Source: Mobula hypostoma (taxonomy: Eukaryota). Taken from it: 64,000 nucleotides of DNA. Under the pieces are notes generated by a model. That model was given only the letters and a program-made list of their open reading frames with translations, searched no databases and was not told the DNA's origin. The translations under genes were made by a program, and so were the position numbers. Location: positions 25,358,001 to 25,422,000 of the forward strand of contig NC_086108.1 in the NCBI RefSeq assembly GCF_963921235.1. Reading direction: 5' to 3'. Below are positions 11,152 through 22,970 of the stretch, piece by piece. The first letter of the stretch is position 1. Every line of letters begins with the position of its first letter.

Positions 11152-12749
11152 AATGAGAAAGAAGTGCCAGTTTTGCTTAGTATAATAGGTGGAAGACCAT
11201 ACAGTTTGCTTAGAAGTTTAACTGCTCTAATCAAACAAGTTGAAATGAGCTCTGTTGATATCATGGAAGTAATGCAGGAACTTTTAAAACCAAAACCATT
11301 GTTGATTGCAGAACACTTTATGTTTCATAAATGGAATCAAAAGAAGCGGAATTTATTTCAATAACGTGGCTGAATTGAAGAGATTGTCTGACCATTGTCA
11401 GTTTGGTAATGGGCTTAATAATGCACTGAGAGATCATTTAATTTGTGGAATCTTCCAGGAAAACATTCAAGAACAGCTCCTATGCACAACTCACATTTTA
11501 AAGAGCAGTTGAATCACTGTGGCAATGAAAATATCAGCTACAGAAGCAATTGAGTTGCAGTCCGGAATTGAAACTGAGCTTGAACAAAATTGCATTGGCT
11601 AAACCTGTGGTTCACAAACTGATGAACAAGGATCCCTTGGCTAATGACAGGAATTCATGGCATAAAAAAGTTTGGGAACCTCTGCTAATGATGATGTAAA
11701 AACTAAGAAGAGACAAGCAACATGGCTTACACCAGTAGGAAATGGCAATAATTAAAATGGAATTGGACACTGGCCTGGCTGTTTCAGTCATTCCACAAAA
11801 TGAGTTTGAATGGCATTTCAAAAATACTGAAATGAAGCTTGCAGATATTCAACTAAGAAGTTATATTGGAGAAAAGATAACTCCTGTGGGATTGATATTT
11901 ATAACAACCAACAAGCCACATTGGACTTGTATGTGGTTAGAACAGTGGGGGGGGGGGGGGAGCACTGTGGGGCATGTTTGGCTAACACAACTACAACTTC
12001 ACTGGAGATCCGTCCATAATTTTCATGCCGCCATCCGTGCAATAGAATCAACTGAAAGCGAATTAAAAAAGATACTGAATGATGCCACAGCAGTGTTCAA
12101 GGATAGCAATGGAAAACTCAAGCACATCAAGTTGACTTGCAGCAACTGGTCCATAGCCTCACTGTCTCAAGACAGTGTTAAAAGGGTGAGAAGATTATGG
12201 GCATGGAGCACAAGGCAACAAGTGTGACTTCTTTAAACCAAATAACACTTATTGTGGTCACATCATTGACACTCAAGGATTACACAAGGGTGCTGAGAAA
12301 ATTCAAGCAGTGATGGATATGTCACAGCTGTGGTTCTTTTTAAGATTTGTGAGCTACTGTGCTCACCCGTTGAAATCATTACTAGAAGTTGGAAAGAAAT
12401 GGCAATTGACAAAGCAGTGTGGGGTGGCTTTCCAAAAGCCAAAAGGAAATGGTGATATCAGACACTGTACTCACACATTATGATCCACAACATCGAGTGA
12501 AACTTGCCTGCCATGCCTCACCATATGGTATAGGTGCAATCGTGTCACATGTTATGAGTGATGGCAGTGGACATCATGTTCTAAACCACTGCCGAGAAAA
12601 AATGCACAAAGATTGACAGAGAGGCCTTGAGTATGGTTTGGGGTGTAAAACTCTTGAACCAATACTTATATGGGAGAGAGTTTACCCTCATTACTGATCA
12701 ACATCCACTGGTGCCATTTTCAATCCACAGAAGGTGTTACAGTACACAC

Positions 12750-13410
12750 GTGACTGCACCATCTTCCAGGGTTTAGATGTTCTGACCATCTGAAATATAG
12801 ATAGCTGGTTCGACTACTTTAAAGATTCAGGCCTGCCCTGCTGATTGGCGGTCATGTTTTGGTGCCAAGATTTTAAAATTTAAAGAGCACTTGAACTGTG
12901 GTTTGGTGTTCAATCATCAACTCTGCTTTTGATTCATGTCAGTGTCTAGTTTAGAACTCTGCCCTCATTTCAGTCTCGCATCATTTCTCAATTTTAGTCT
13001 CAGATTCTTCAGCACTTGGGTCCTAACCATCCTTGCTCAGGTCTTTCGTCACAGTACAATTGAGCCTAATGTGGACCAGGCAGGGTATCGGAGCCTTTCG
13101 TCAACTGTTGCCAGCCACAGCAAGAAAATTTCTAGACAGAGCCAGGAGATACACGACCTCCAGGTCACCATGCTCCAACTGTCACAAGGAGGAAGCCAGA
13201 GTGGTCGGGTGATGCTGTGGATTGCTGTGCCATGAGAGTCTATCTTCTGGCCACAGAGAGATTTGGTGGTGACCTGGGTTCCTGCCGTTGCTTCCTCACG
13301 TAGTGTTTGAGCTCCAGCCATCCCGGAAATGTGGCCTTCGTGATGTCTCTCCTGACTGGGAAAGCCCGAGCCTAGGCCACCACACATTGGGAGCAGAGGT
13401 CAGGGAACAG
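12750..13410 (+). mobile_element. Truncated sushi-type Gypsy fragment (putative LTR plus gag start)
   Basis: Broken gag ERFGGDLGSCRCFLT..ELQPS..VAFVMSLLTGKARA*AT..W after a TG..CA-bounded ~300-bp segment. Confidence 0.7.
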
Positions 13411-13589
13411 CCAACAAGGGAAGAATTCTAGTAACGTGCAATTTGCCTCAATCCTTTATCTGACTGGCAATTCATGACTGCACAGAGTAATAACAATGTC
13501 TTAAATCCTGCTTATTTATCTAATGCATTATATTCTGCAGGTAATAATGCATCCATACCTATAAAAACTGACCCAGAATGATGACAGGG

Positions 13590-13880
13590 AGAAGTGAACA
13601 GATCAAATGAGATCAAAAGATAGAGCGAGTTCTTAAAGTTAGGGAATTCAGTATTGAGTCTAGAGGGCTGCACGATGCTCAGATAGATGATGAGGTCCTG
13701 TTCCTCAGTCTTGCATTGTGTTTTGTTGTGACAGTACCTGAATCCATGGAAAGAGTTGGGGTGGGTGATGAATTGAAGTGACAGGCAACCTGGAAACTCA
13801 GGGTCACTCCTGTGCATTGAACACAGGTGCACCACAAAGCAGACACCCCATCTGTCTTGGCTTCTAAATTGAAGAGGAAT
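13590..13880 (-). mobile_element. Old Penelope-like GIY-YIG remnant
   Basis: ORF 13512..13904 (-): CKTEEQDLIIYLSIVQPSRLNTEFPNF. Confidence 0.7.
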
Positions 13881-13939
13881 CATAACTTTATTGTGCTTTC
13901 TCAAAAAAAAAAGTTTTTAATAGCTTTGAACAATGTTCT

Positions 13940-14305
13940 GGAGTGGTGGAGGCTAAGGAGAGAGCTGATAGAAGTTTATAAAATTATGAGAGGCATAGAT
14001 ATAGTAGACAGCCAATATTTCTTTCCTAAGGTCAAAATGTCTAATAATACAGAGCGTGCATTTAAGGTGAGATGGAGGAAATTCAAAGGAGATGTGTGGA
14101 GCAGGTGTTTTTTAAACAGAGGAAGTGATGAGTGCCTAGAACAAGCGGTTAGGGTGGTGGTGAAGGCAGGTAGATAAGGGACTCTGATAGGCACATGAAT
14201 ATGCAGAGAATGGAGGATTATGAACCAGGCAGAAGGGATTAGGTGCCATATGCTTAAATTGTTTGGCACAATATCATGGGCCAAAGGGCCTGTTCTCTGT
14301 TCTAA
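13940..14305 (+). mobile_element. CR1 LINE 3' remnant
   Basis: RLRRELIEVYKIMRGID..DSQYFFP followed by a CR1-type 3'UTR. Confidence 0.75.
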
Positions 14306-15028
14306 ATCCAAAATTCATTGAATTCTGAAAAACTGAATAACCTTGGAAGACACTTAGCAAGTCAGGAAAGATATGTAGAGGAATGAAAGGCTAGCAATTC
14401 TGGTCAATGTTCTTTCACCAGCTGTCAGACAAATTTATGATACATGGAAAGAAACTAGGAAAGGATAGAGCAAAGAGGAAGGTTTGTGATGGAATAGAAA
14501 GCCGGGAGATTAAATGATATGACAATGCAAAGCAAAAGAAGCTGGTAATAGATCAAGCATCTAAAACTGCAGGGTGAAAAGGTATAAATTATGATAGGTA
14601 AATTATTAACTGAAACTACTGAATTGTGGTCTGTACATAGGCTTCAGTGTGCTTCATTGAATAATGACGCATTCCTAAAATTTACCTTGAGCTCCATAGG
14701 AACAGTAGTGGACTCTGTGATTGAGAAGTTTATAGAAAGATACAGATTTTAAATTCTCTGACCACCAGCATACATTTGATGGTCTGAATCCCCTCCTTCT
14801 GTACTCATGATATGTGATGGTAGAAACTAATTAAGTCTTATATCACCATCAATTCGAATAAATAATGAGCAACTAAGTTGCATCTTACAGTCTGAGTGAC
14901 AGTGCTTTTTGTCATTTAAAGGTATGCTTCTTCAGTCCATGGAGTAGTTCCATTATGTTGAAAACTGTGAAAAAAAAGGAAGGTTTTTCTTGCAAAGCCA
15001 ACACCTGTGAGCACACTAAATGACTGAC

Positions 15029-15178
15029 CTCTGGATTTACTTGTAAAACGTTTCCTTTGTCCTCCGGAGGTGCTGCGTGGGAGGAGAGCTGTCTGCTGGT
15101 GGCTGATGTCCACGGGGCTGGTGGCTAGGAAGTTCTCCTTGTATTTATTCATGAGCGACAACTTGGTGGTATCACTTC
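15029..15178 (-). CDS. ASTN2: Internal coding exon of an astrotactin gene (ASTN1/ASTN2 family; homologous to mammalian exon 4, cytoplasmic loop). Paralog uncertain, leaning ASTN2
   Basis: Acceptor ttgattttctttatcccaacAG|GA and donor AGAG|GTcagt; 150 bp, phase 1-1. Encodes (G)[49 protein letters not shown]. This closely matches recalled human ASTN1 [33 protein letters not shown]...QRKR, and its C-terminal half matches recalled ASTN2 ...LRSTSAGKRKRRSKSR. Family call is strong; paralog call about 0.55. Confidence 0.88.
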
Positions 15179-15374
15179 CTGTTGGGATAAAGAAAATCAA
15201 GTTAACCTCTTACAATCCGAACATATTCTTCCCATGACATCGAAGAAGCAGAGCACAGAAATGTTTGTCATTCATACTTCACTCATCAGTCACCTTACAT
15301 TCTATCAGGTAGATTATATAATGTGAAATATTTACACAATGAATCCATAATATAATGCCAATGACTGAGAAGCT

Positions 15375-15615
15375 AAAAACTGCAGATGCTGGAAATCTTA
15401 AAACAAGAGCTGGAAAGACTCAACAGGTCAGGCAGCATCTGTGGAAAGAGAAGAACAGAGTTAATGTTTCAGATGAATGAGCTTTCATCATTGATGAAAA
15501 GTGAGAAAACCTGTTTCTTCACTTCTCCAGTTCTGATGAAAGTTCATCAAATTGAAGTGATAACTCTTTTGCTCTCCACAATTGCTGCCTGACCTGCTGG
15601 TGGTTTCCATGGTTC
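15375..15615. mobile_element. Short palindromic element made of two inverted PLE termini
   Basis: Left arm caggtcaggcagcatctgtggaaagaga...tttcatca is the reverse complement of right arm ctgatgaaag...ctctccacaattgctgcctgacctg. Confidence 0.7.
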
Positions 15616-16289
15616 CTGCTGTTATGCCATGCTAATGTTGAGTTCCAGAATCAGAGTGAGGGAATTAATTTGCAATTTTTGGACTGAAAATTCAGATACA
15701 GAGAGGTTCAACTGTGCTTGCTTGCAAAAGAGACCCAAACACGTTAATAAACAGGTACACCATAAGTATATACCTGGAATTGGTGGCACTTAAATACAGT
15801 AGATTCAGCATCCTAAAGTTATTGTGATAGGTATTTGCTTCTTCCTCATGTTTGCTAAGCTTGCTCTCTAAATAGCAGCTGCCATTTGAAAGGTCACAGA
15901 CAGTTATAAGTAAACTTTCAACTATATTGCTTTGTTTAACTTCTGGTCATAAATGAAAGAAAGTTTTCAGTTCTTAAAATGTAAATGGGAAGCAGCTTGA
16001 AGTTATAAAAGCACTCTTTATAGAACAGCTTTGCATATAGTCTCTGTATTCTGAAGATGCTCTGTTTGTAAAGAGTCACTGCACTTTCTTTATCATTGCT
16101 TAAAAATAGTTTATAAGACATTGGGTGGTTTAATTTGGGCTGTATTAAACAAACAAGCTGACTCTTAAGTTGCTTAGTTTGAGGTAGCTTGCAAAACCAA
16201 TTGGTTAATATCATTTAGCATATCAATAACTGATGTGATTATAGTTGGAAGAGTTTTATGTATTCAGAAGTTAGCTTTACAGCATTAAT

Positions 16290-16990
16290 GGTAGCTAGCT
16301 AAAATCTATGTCAACAAAAAATACTACTAGACTATTTTGCTAAAAAGACATCTGAGGAAATACCACCTGCTTGTGAAGTCACTCAAGTGTGAGAAAAGTA
16401 TATAAATGCAGAGAGCAGTTCGGGTTTATGAGGAATGGGGTAAAGAACATCAAGAAACATGGAAGAACTAGAATCCTTTCCTCCAGCTATGGTTTCTGTG
16501 ATGGACAACTTGATTGTCTGTATCTTTGTTATGCCTTTTTTTAGTTTAGAGGAATTGTATCTGTGTCTTTAATCTCTTTTGTTTGAGAAATGTTTTGTGA
16601 TTTGGAGAAGGTTTGTGTTTTAGAAATGGTTTGTAATTGGGAAATGTTTAAGATAGAATTCTTCTGTGGTTTTAAATGTGTTTTTAAGAGTGTTCTATGG
16701 ATTTAAACATGTATCATTGAAAATAAATGAGCTGTGTTTAAAACTAGTTTGTTAGATGGAATTATCTTCTCCTTGGTGGGGAGAGGGGATTCACCACTCA
16801 AAAAGCAGGTATTGGCAGCTAAAACTCACTGTGGAGAATAATCAGGAAACTGAACTGGTTTTTGAAGATTGGGAAGATACAGTATTATCTCCTTTAAGTG
16901 AGAGTACTCATGTCTATTGATATTGAAAGGGCTTAAGGTTTTCATTTGAGTTTAGAACTTTGTGGTCTGCAAACCCAGAACCATCGCATT
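16290..16990 (+). repeat. Old interspersed repeat, probable solo LTR (copy 1)
   Basis: Collinear diverged homology with 19910-20670 (gaagaactagaat, aacatgtatcatt.aaaataaa, agggcttaa...ttgagtttag). TATA-like tatataaa near 16399 and aataaa near 16723. Confidence 0.6.
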
Positions 16991-17406
16991 GTCCAATGTG
17001 GAATGATCGGGTCTATTGGGCTAACACTCATTGGGATCTAGTTGATCAGTTAAAAGCATAAAGGATTCTGAGGAAGAAAAGCAGAAGGGATGCAGGGAAG
17101 ATGCTTCCTCCGTGTATGGATCTGCAACCAGAGAAAACAGACTCAGGACAAATGGTTAGACATTTAAGACTAAGATGATAAGAAACTTTATCACACAGAA
17201 TTTTTGGAAGGAAGGCTGTGAATACCTGAGTCTATTCAAAGCTCATATTTTTAGATTTTAAGAGATCAAGAAAGTGAAAGGGTATGGGGGTTTTCTGAGA
17301 GAGGATCGGTTCAGCTGTATCTTTAAAATGGTTGAACAAATCCCTAACAATCCCACCTTGTTCTTCCCACTGTATTAAAGGACACGATTATTGCATTCAA
17401 AAATAT

Positions 17407-17800
17407 CAGAATCAGGTTTAATATCACTGCCATAGATCATGAAATTTGTTGTTATGTGCCAGCTGTACATTGCAATACATAACAAAAAACTGTAAATTAC
17501 AGTAAGGAGTACTGGTTGCTGGGGAGGCTAGTGCCTATGATGGATCTGACTGAGTTCATGACCTTCTACAGCTTATTTCGATCCTCTGAGCGCACCACAT
17601 AGCAGACGTTGATGAAGCCAGTTAGAATGCTCTCTATTTTGCATTTGCAAAGACACCCAAGTGTCCTCAGTGACATTCCAAATCTCTTCAAACTCCTAAT
17701 GGAAATATAGCCGCTGTTGCACCTTCTTTGTGACTGCATTGATATCTTGGGTCTAGGATAGATCCTCAGAGATCCTGACACCCAGAAACTTGAAATTCTT
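17407..17800 (-). mobile_element. Rex-Babar LINE remnant
   Basis: IRSLKRFGMS...CKIESILTG; tail (ctgatt) at ~17410. Confidence 0.7.
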
Positions 17801-18159
17801 ACACTCCTAAAGCCACATTGAGAATTCCAATGAAATAAACCTGCATCCTTAATCTCATACATTGCAACCATGTAGTCAGACCACTAAAAGCTCCTGGATC
17901 TACTCACTCGGGCACAGGACTGTTTTTGTACTGCTTACACTTCTGGCAGCATTGTTCAAATCAGCCCTCTCTTCATTTAACTATCGGTAGCAAAGAGGTG
18001 ACCAAAATGCTGTTTTCTTTTTGTGTATACTTCAATTCTAGAATAGAACTCATTTCAGCAAAAAGATACAAAACGAATCATGTAAGTCCTCCTAACAGTG
18101 TTAAAATGTCACACAGAACAAAATAGCAGTCCAACATTGATACAATTGGGGTGAATAAA

Positions 18160-18460
18160 CAGGGTGGCTCGGTTGCATCGTGGTGAGAACAATGCTTTAC
18201 TGTACCGTCAACCCAGGTTCAACTTCCGTTACTGTCTGTAAGGAGTTTGTACTTTCCCCTCATGATCACGGTTTCCTTCGGGTGCTCCAGATTCCTCCCA
18301 CAGTCTCAAGGATACAGTGGTTGGTAGATTAATTGGTCATTGTAACTTGTCTCATGATTAAACTCAGATTAAATCAGGAAATTAGGGGTTGCTGTATGGT
18401 GCAGTTTGAGGGTCCAGAAGGGCCTAATCCGTGTGCATCTCAATAGATCAATAAAATAAA
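18160..18460 (+). mobile_element. V-SINE (HE1-like)
   Basis: tRNA-like head (ggttcaac B-box), V-domain tgtctgtaaggagtttgtac...gtttccttcgggtgctccag..cctcccacagtc, and A-rich tail. Confidence 0.8.
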
Positions 18461-18631
18461 AAGGAAAGAAAAACAAGGGAGGCCCTTGAGCATATCCCAC
18501 CATTCAGGTTGATCATAGTTGACCTATGCTGGCCTCAACTCTTCATTGCCAGCTCTCCAAACTATCAATTCCTCATCACACCTTAAAAGGAGGCAAATAT
18601 ACTTTGGGTAAAAGAAGCATCCAAAAGAGTA

Positions 18632-19329
18632 TGTAGCCCCCATGGCCAGCCTCAGGGTCGCTTGGTTTGCTGTCGTCTAGGGAAACAGCCTCGGCCCCGC
18701 CAAACTGGGTAATCAGTTTGTGTGGATGCTGTGTAATGTACCCCATCCCGCCCAAAGAACAGACAATACACCAGATACGATTAAATGATTTACAGTTTAT
18801 AGATATTACTGGAACTATATAATTAATGGAGAATAAAATATAAAAGGAAAATCAAAGGCGTCACACTTATCAAAGTTCAATCTCTTCGTGCACAAACAGT
18901 TGGAGCTCAGGACCGTTCCTCTTCACCCTGCGACCCCTCGGACCACCTCAACCGGTCGCCTGGGACCAACAATGGTGGTCAACCAGATACTCCACACGAG
19001 TCCATCTCCATCTCCTCTCCTCGCCGAACGCCCCGCTCGGGGTCCGACCCTGTTAGTGGACTCACAGCACCTGGTCAATCCTCTGTCTCTCCCTCTCCCG
19101 CCTTCTGCCCCAAAACCCTGCGCATACAATATCTTACAAGCACACCAAAGCATAACAACTATCCCAATTGGTTCATTTGTCCTCTTATCAATAGATAATC
19201 CAAAACAATCTGCTAGCGGGAGGACTTTCTCAGCAGTTAACATAACAAAGAAGCCCTTTCAATTATAACATAATGAAGAAGGCATTTTAATTAGACTATG
19301 CAGTGACATAAAGAAAAAGAAACCTTACA
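18632..19329. mobile_element. Solo LTR, 698 bp
   Basis: TGTA...TACA termini, 4-bp TSD agta at 18628-18631 and 19330-19333, CpG-rich core. Confidence 0.8.
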
Positions 19330-19422
19330 AGTAGAATCAGAATTAAAATAGCTTTGTACTATATTTTTGCTACAAAACAACTGACAGTAATAATAAATCT
19401 GATTCTGATTTTGACTTGGATA

Positions 19423-19900
19423 TACACTCAGTATCCATTCTATTAGGTACACCTGTACACCTGCTCATAAATGCATATAACTAATGAGCTAATCATATAG
19501 CAGCAATGTGGTGCATTATAGTATGAGACATATTTAAGAGGTTCAGGTATTGTTCAGACCATCAGAATAGGAAAGAAATGTAATCTAAGTGACTTTCACG
19601 TGCAATGATTGTTGGTGCCAGAAACTGCTGATCTGTAGAGATTGTTATGCATAACTGTCTCAAGAGTTTACAGACAATGATGTGAAAAACAGAAAAATAT
19701 CCAGTGAATGGCAGTTCTGTGGGTGAAGACACATTGTTAATGAGTGAGATCAGAGGAGAATGGACTGACTGGTTAAAGCTGACAGGAAGGAAACAGCAAC
19801 TCACGTAACCACATATTACAACAGTGGTATGCAGAAGAGCATCTCTGAAGGCACAGCACATTGGACCTTGAAGTGGATAGGCTACAGCAGACAAACACAA
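19423..19900 (+). mobile_element. Tc1/mariner transposon remnant (TIR plus transposase N-terminal HTH)
   Basis: TA-cactcagt...tattaggtacacc end; broken GKKC.LSDF..AMIVGAR..TVSRVY..YNSGMQKSISEGT..TLKWIGYS. Confidence 0.75.
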
Positions 19901-19909
19901 GACAATCAT

Positions 19910-20670
19910 GTTATGTCACTTAGTACATCAAACATGGTTACAAGTTGGAATGTTTCTGTGCTCAGAGGGTCTGTCCTGACAGCATTAATTGGGGATGTTT
20001 GGGATCTCTGCCTCCTGAAGCTTTAAAACCAGCTATGTGAGTTACTTTTTCCCTACTAGTGTACCTGGAAAACATCACATGCAGAAGTTATGAACTAGTT
20101 GAAAATTGTATAAGTATCAGAAGCATTGGGGATAGTTAGGAATGACAAGCAGAATGACAGAAAGATGGGGTGACTGAAAGAAGAACTAGAATTCATTCCT
20201 CAACCTTCAGTTTCTGCAACAAATCACCTGTTCTTTTGCAACTCATTGGAATGTTCTTCTACTTGAAATGAATTGTACCTCTGTTAGAAAATCCTTCGTA
20301 GTTTGCAAAACTTTTGTAATTTGGGAGTCTTTTATAAATTATAAACCTTCTGTGAATGTTAAACATGTTTTATAAATTATTTGTCTAAATTTAACATGTA
20401 TCATTAAAAATAAAATAAATTGTGGCTTAAACTATTTCAATAGCTTTAAGTATCTCCTACTTGGTATAAAGGGGGGAACCAGTCAAGCAGTGGAGATTGG
20501 CATCTAGACCTCATCACAAAGACTAGACAGGAAAGTAAGTTAGTCCTTGAAGAGCAGATGTATACAGTGTAACCTCCTTATCAGAGGGTACCCATAGATA
20601 TCTACATTGGATAGGGCTTAAAATCTGCTTTTGAGTTTAGGGCTTTTTGACAGGGGACCCATTATCATCA
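19910..20670 (+). repeat. Old interspersed repeat, probable solo LTR (copy 2)
   Basis: Homology to 16290-16990; ends ...atcatca. Confidence 0.6.
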
Positions 20671-21367
20671 GGAACTGATAATTTAAAAACACTAATGCAT
20701 GGAATACCACATAGCCAACTGAAATTTCATACACTCACTATCATTATTTAGATATCTCCACCAAAAATAGCAATTATACCAGAACCGACCTCAAAATGGA
20801 TCTATATGTTTCATGTGTGCTCAAACCCAATCATTGTTAAGTTATCACATTCACCATTTCCATAAAAACAAGGAGATAAATGAAGTTTTCAACAAGAATG
20901 TTGACAATTTCAATATTGCAATATTGTATTTTAAATTTTAAAGTGAGCCGATTGTCAGGAACCCTGACCTCTGAAGAGCACCGACTAGTTCCTGCAAATA
21001 AGTTTCTTTCCAAATATGCAAACTGAAGATGCAGGGAATATCCAATTTGGCTATACATTTTCTGATATATTAACTGTTTCTGATTCCATATTTCCTGTCT
21101 GGCCCACTGAATATCTCCAGAACTTTGTATGCTTTTGATTCAGCCCTCCAGCTTTTCAAATGCTGATCCAGGATTGCTTATAGGCCATAAGTGGGAAACG
21201 TGCTCTGCTCTGCACTCCCTCACCCCCCACCCCCGCCATCCTTCCCACACTGCAACACTCACTGGTTCCACGCTCTGAAGCTAGCCTATCTTCCAGCACT
21301 CATAGTCCACAGTCTGCCATTACTCCCTTAAATATATTCTCAAGCCACAAAAAGAAAATTATACCTA

Positions 21368-21700
21368 CAGTACTGTGCAAAAGTCTTAGGCACATGTAAA
21401 AAAAATTCCGTAAAGCAAAGATGCTTTCAAAAATAATGAATTGAAAAGTTTTTAAGTATCAAAAATACTATAAAGTGCAGTAAACAGTAAAAAAAAATCA
21501 ATTCAATTTTTGGTGCATCCACCCTTTGCCTTTAAAACTGCATCAATTGTCTTAGGTACACTGTCGTGCAGTCCTATAAGAAAATCGGCTCGTAGGTTGT
21601 TCCAAGCATCTTGGAGAACTTGCCACAGTTCTTCTGCAGATTTTGGCTGTCTAGCTTGTTTCCGTCTCTCCAGCCTCGGTGATGTTGAGATCAGGGCTTT
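21368..21700. mobile_element. Tc1-like transposon end fragment
   Basis: TA + cagtactgtgcaaaagtcttaggcac TIR, followed by Tc1-type subterminal sequence (ccaccctttgcctttaaaactgcatcaatt). Confidence 0.7.
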
Positions 21701-22734
21701 GTGGGAGACATACCATCTGAAACCATATAAAGAAATCTAGAGTGCTAAGACTAAGATTTGAAAGTAAAAGATTTACAAGACCATTGGAAAAGAGAATAGG
21801 GGACCAGATTTATTGGTTTGTTCTACAAAGACCAACCACAGACACTGTGCTTTATCATTTAAAGAATGTACATTTTTTGCAATTACTCCGTGAAAGGTTA
21901 TATTGTTTTCTGAGTCAAGAGGTAACAGTGATATTTTAGAAATTATGATATTGAGCTATTCGTGTATATCTGCCTTCATATAGTTAAATAAGAGTTGTAT
22001 TTCACCACCTAAAATCTTCTTAATTTAGAATAAAGCCATTTTCTTTTTAAGGTAAGAGAGCCGCTTGTAACAGCAGGTACAACAGGCCAATTAGTGGTAC
22101 ACTTACTCGACAAGGAATTTAACCAACTGGAAATGAATTTGGGTCCCGCGATTACCAGTTGTGAATTGAAGTCAGACATCAGGAGTCCTCATACTCCAAT
22201 TATATTCCACTGAGTTTTACAGGGGTTGGTAAAAGAACAAGTACTGTGCCAAAGGAATCCCTTCCCAAGTGAGCATACCAGGAATAATGTCTGATCACTT
22301 GACCTTACATTATCTGATCTTTGATACATAATTTTATTCTTTCCAGATTACTTTACCACTACAATTCAAAATCTGAGCTCAACCTAATCAGTTTTTAAAG
22401 CTACAATATCATCAGAATCTCTGTTTTGAAAATCAGAAGTAAGTGATAACCCAAATTCATAATCTTAAAAATAAAAGAAAGATGGGCTGAATTGAACATG
22501 ATATTCATTGATCATGGCTGATCCTCTAATTCCAGTCCAATATTCCATGATCCCAATATGCCTTGATTCTTTTGGGAATTCCCTTGGGTTGCTGAATCTC
22601 AGTTTTAAGATAGAATAGATTATTATTTAGATAGTTTGAGACTAATAGATGTTGGTATTCTAAAAGATTTAATGCACCTGTTTAAGAAACACAGAAAGTT
22701 ATCATGCAGGTATGGCAGGTAATTAAAAGTAAAA

Positions 22735-22970
22735 CACTGCAGATGCTGGAATTCTGAAATTAAAACTGAAATTCTGAAGGTATTTAGCAGTTATGTCAGC
22801 ATCAAGGAGAGAGAAATGGAGTTAAAGTTTTAGGCTGTTGAAAATTACTCATTACTGCCATGTTGGGATAAAAGCTATACCCGGCATCTTTCATCTGAAA
22901 CACTGATTTTGCTTCTTTTTTCCATAGATGCTGCCTGACCTAGTCAGCGTTTCTAGCATGTTCTGTTTTC
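22735..22970. mobile_element. Degraded palindromic twin PLE-terminus element
   Basis: ctgcagatgctggaa... left arm and ...catagatgctgcctgacc..tctagcat right arm. Confidence 0.6.

Larger units (their letters stand above)
9837..12740 (+). mobile_element. Degraded, internally deleted Ty3/Gypsy retrotransposon (Mag/K02A2.6-like gag-pol)
   Basis: Putative LTR tgttgtg...aaaca (~9837-10048). gag remnants VPVLLSIIG..YSLLRSL..PKPLLIAE and ALRDHLICG, protease MELDTG, RNase H VLTHYDP..KLACHASPYGIGA and EF.LITD. The RT core is missing. Confidence 0.85.

Noticed and set aside
14916..15200. 94-aa ORF as a stand-alone gene
   Set aside because: Only 15029-15178 is bounded by splice sites and resembles astrotactin; the rest is intron.
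15262..15300. YCAY cluster (NOVA-like) near the exon
   Set aside because: It lies on the plus strand, not on the transcribed minus strand.
18888..19268. Overlapping 126-aa and 106-aa ORFs
   Set aside because: GC-rich solo-LTR sequence with no recognisable domain.
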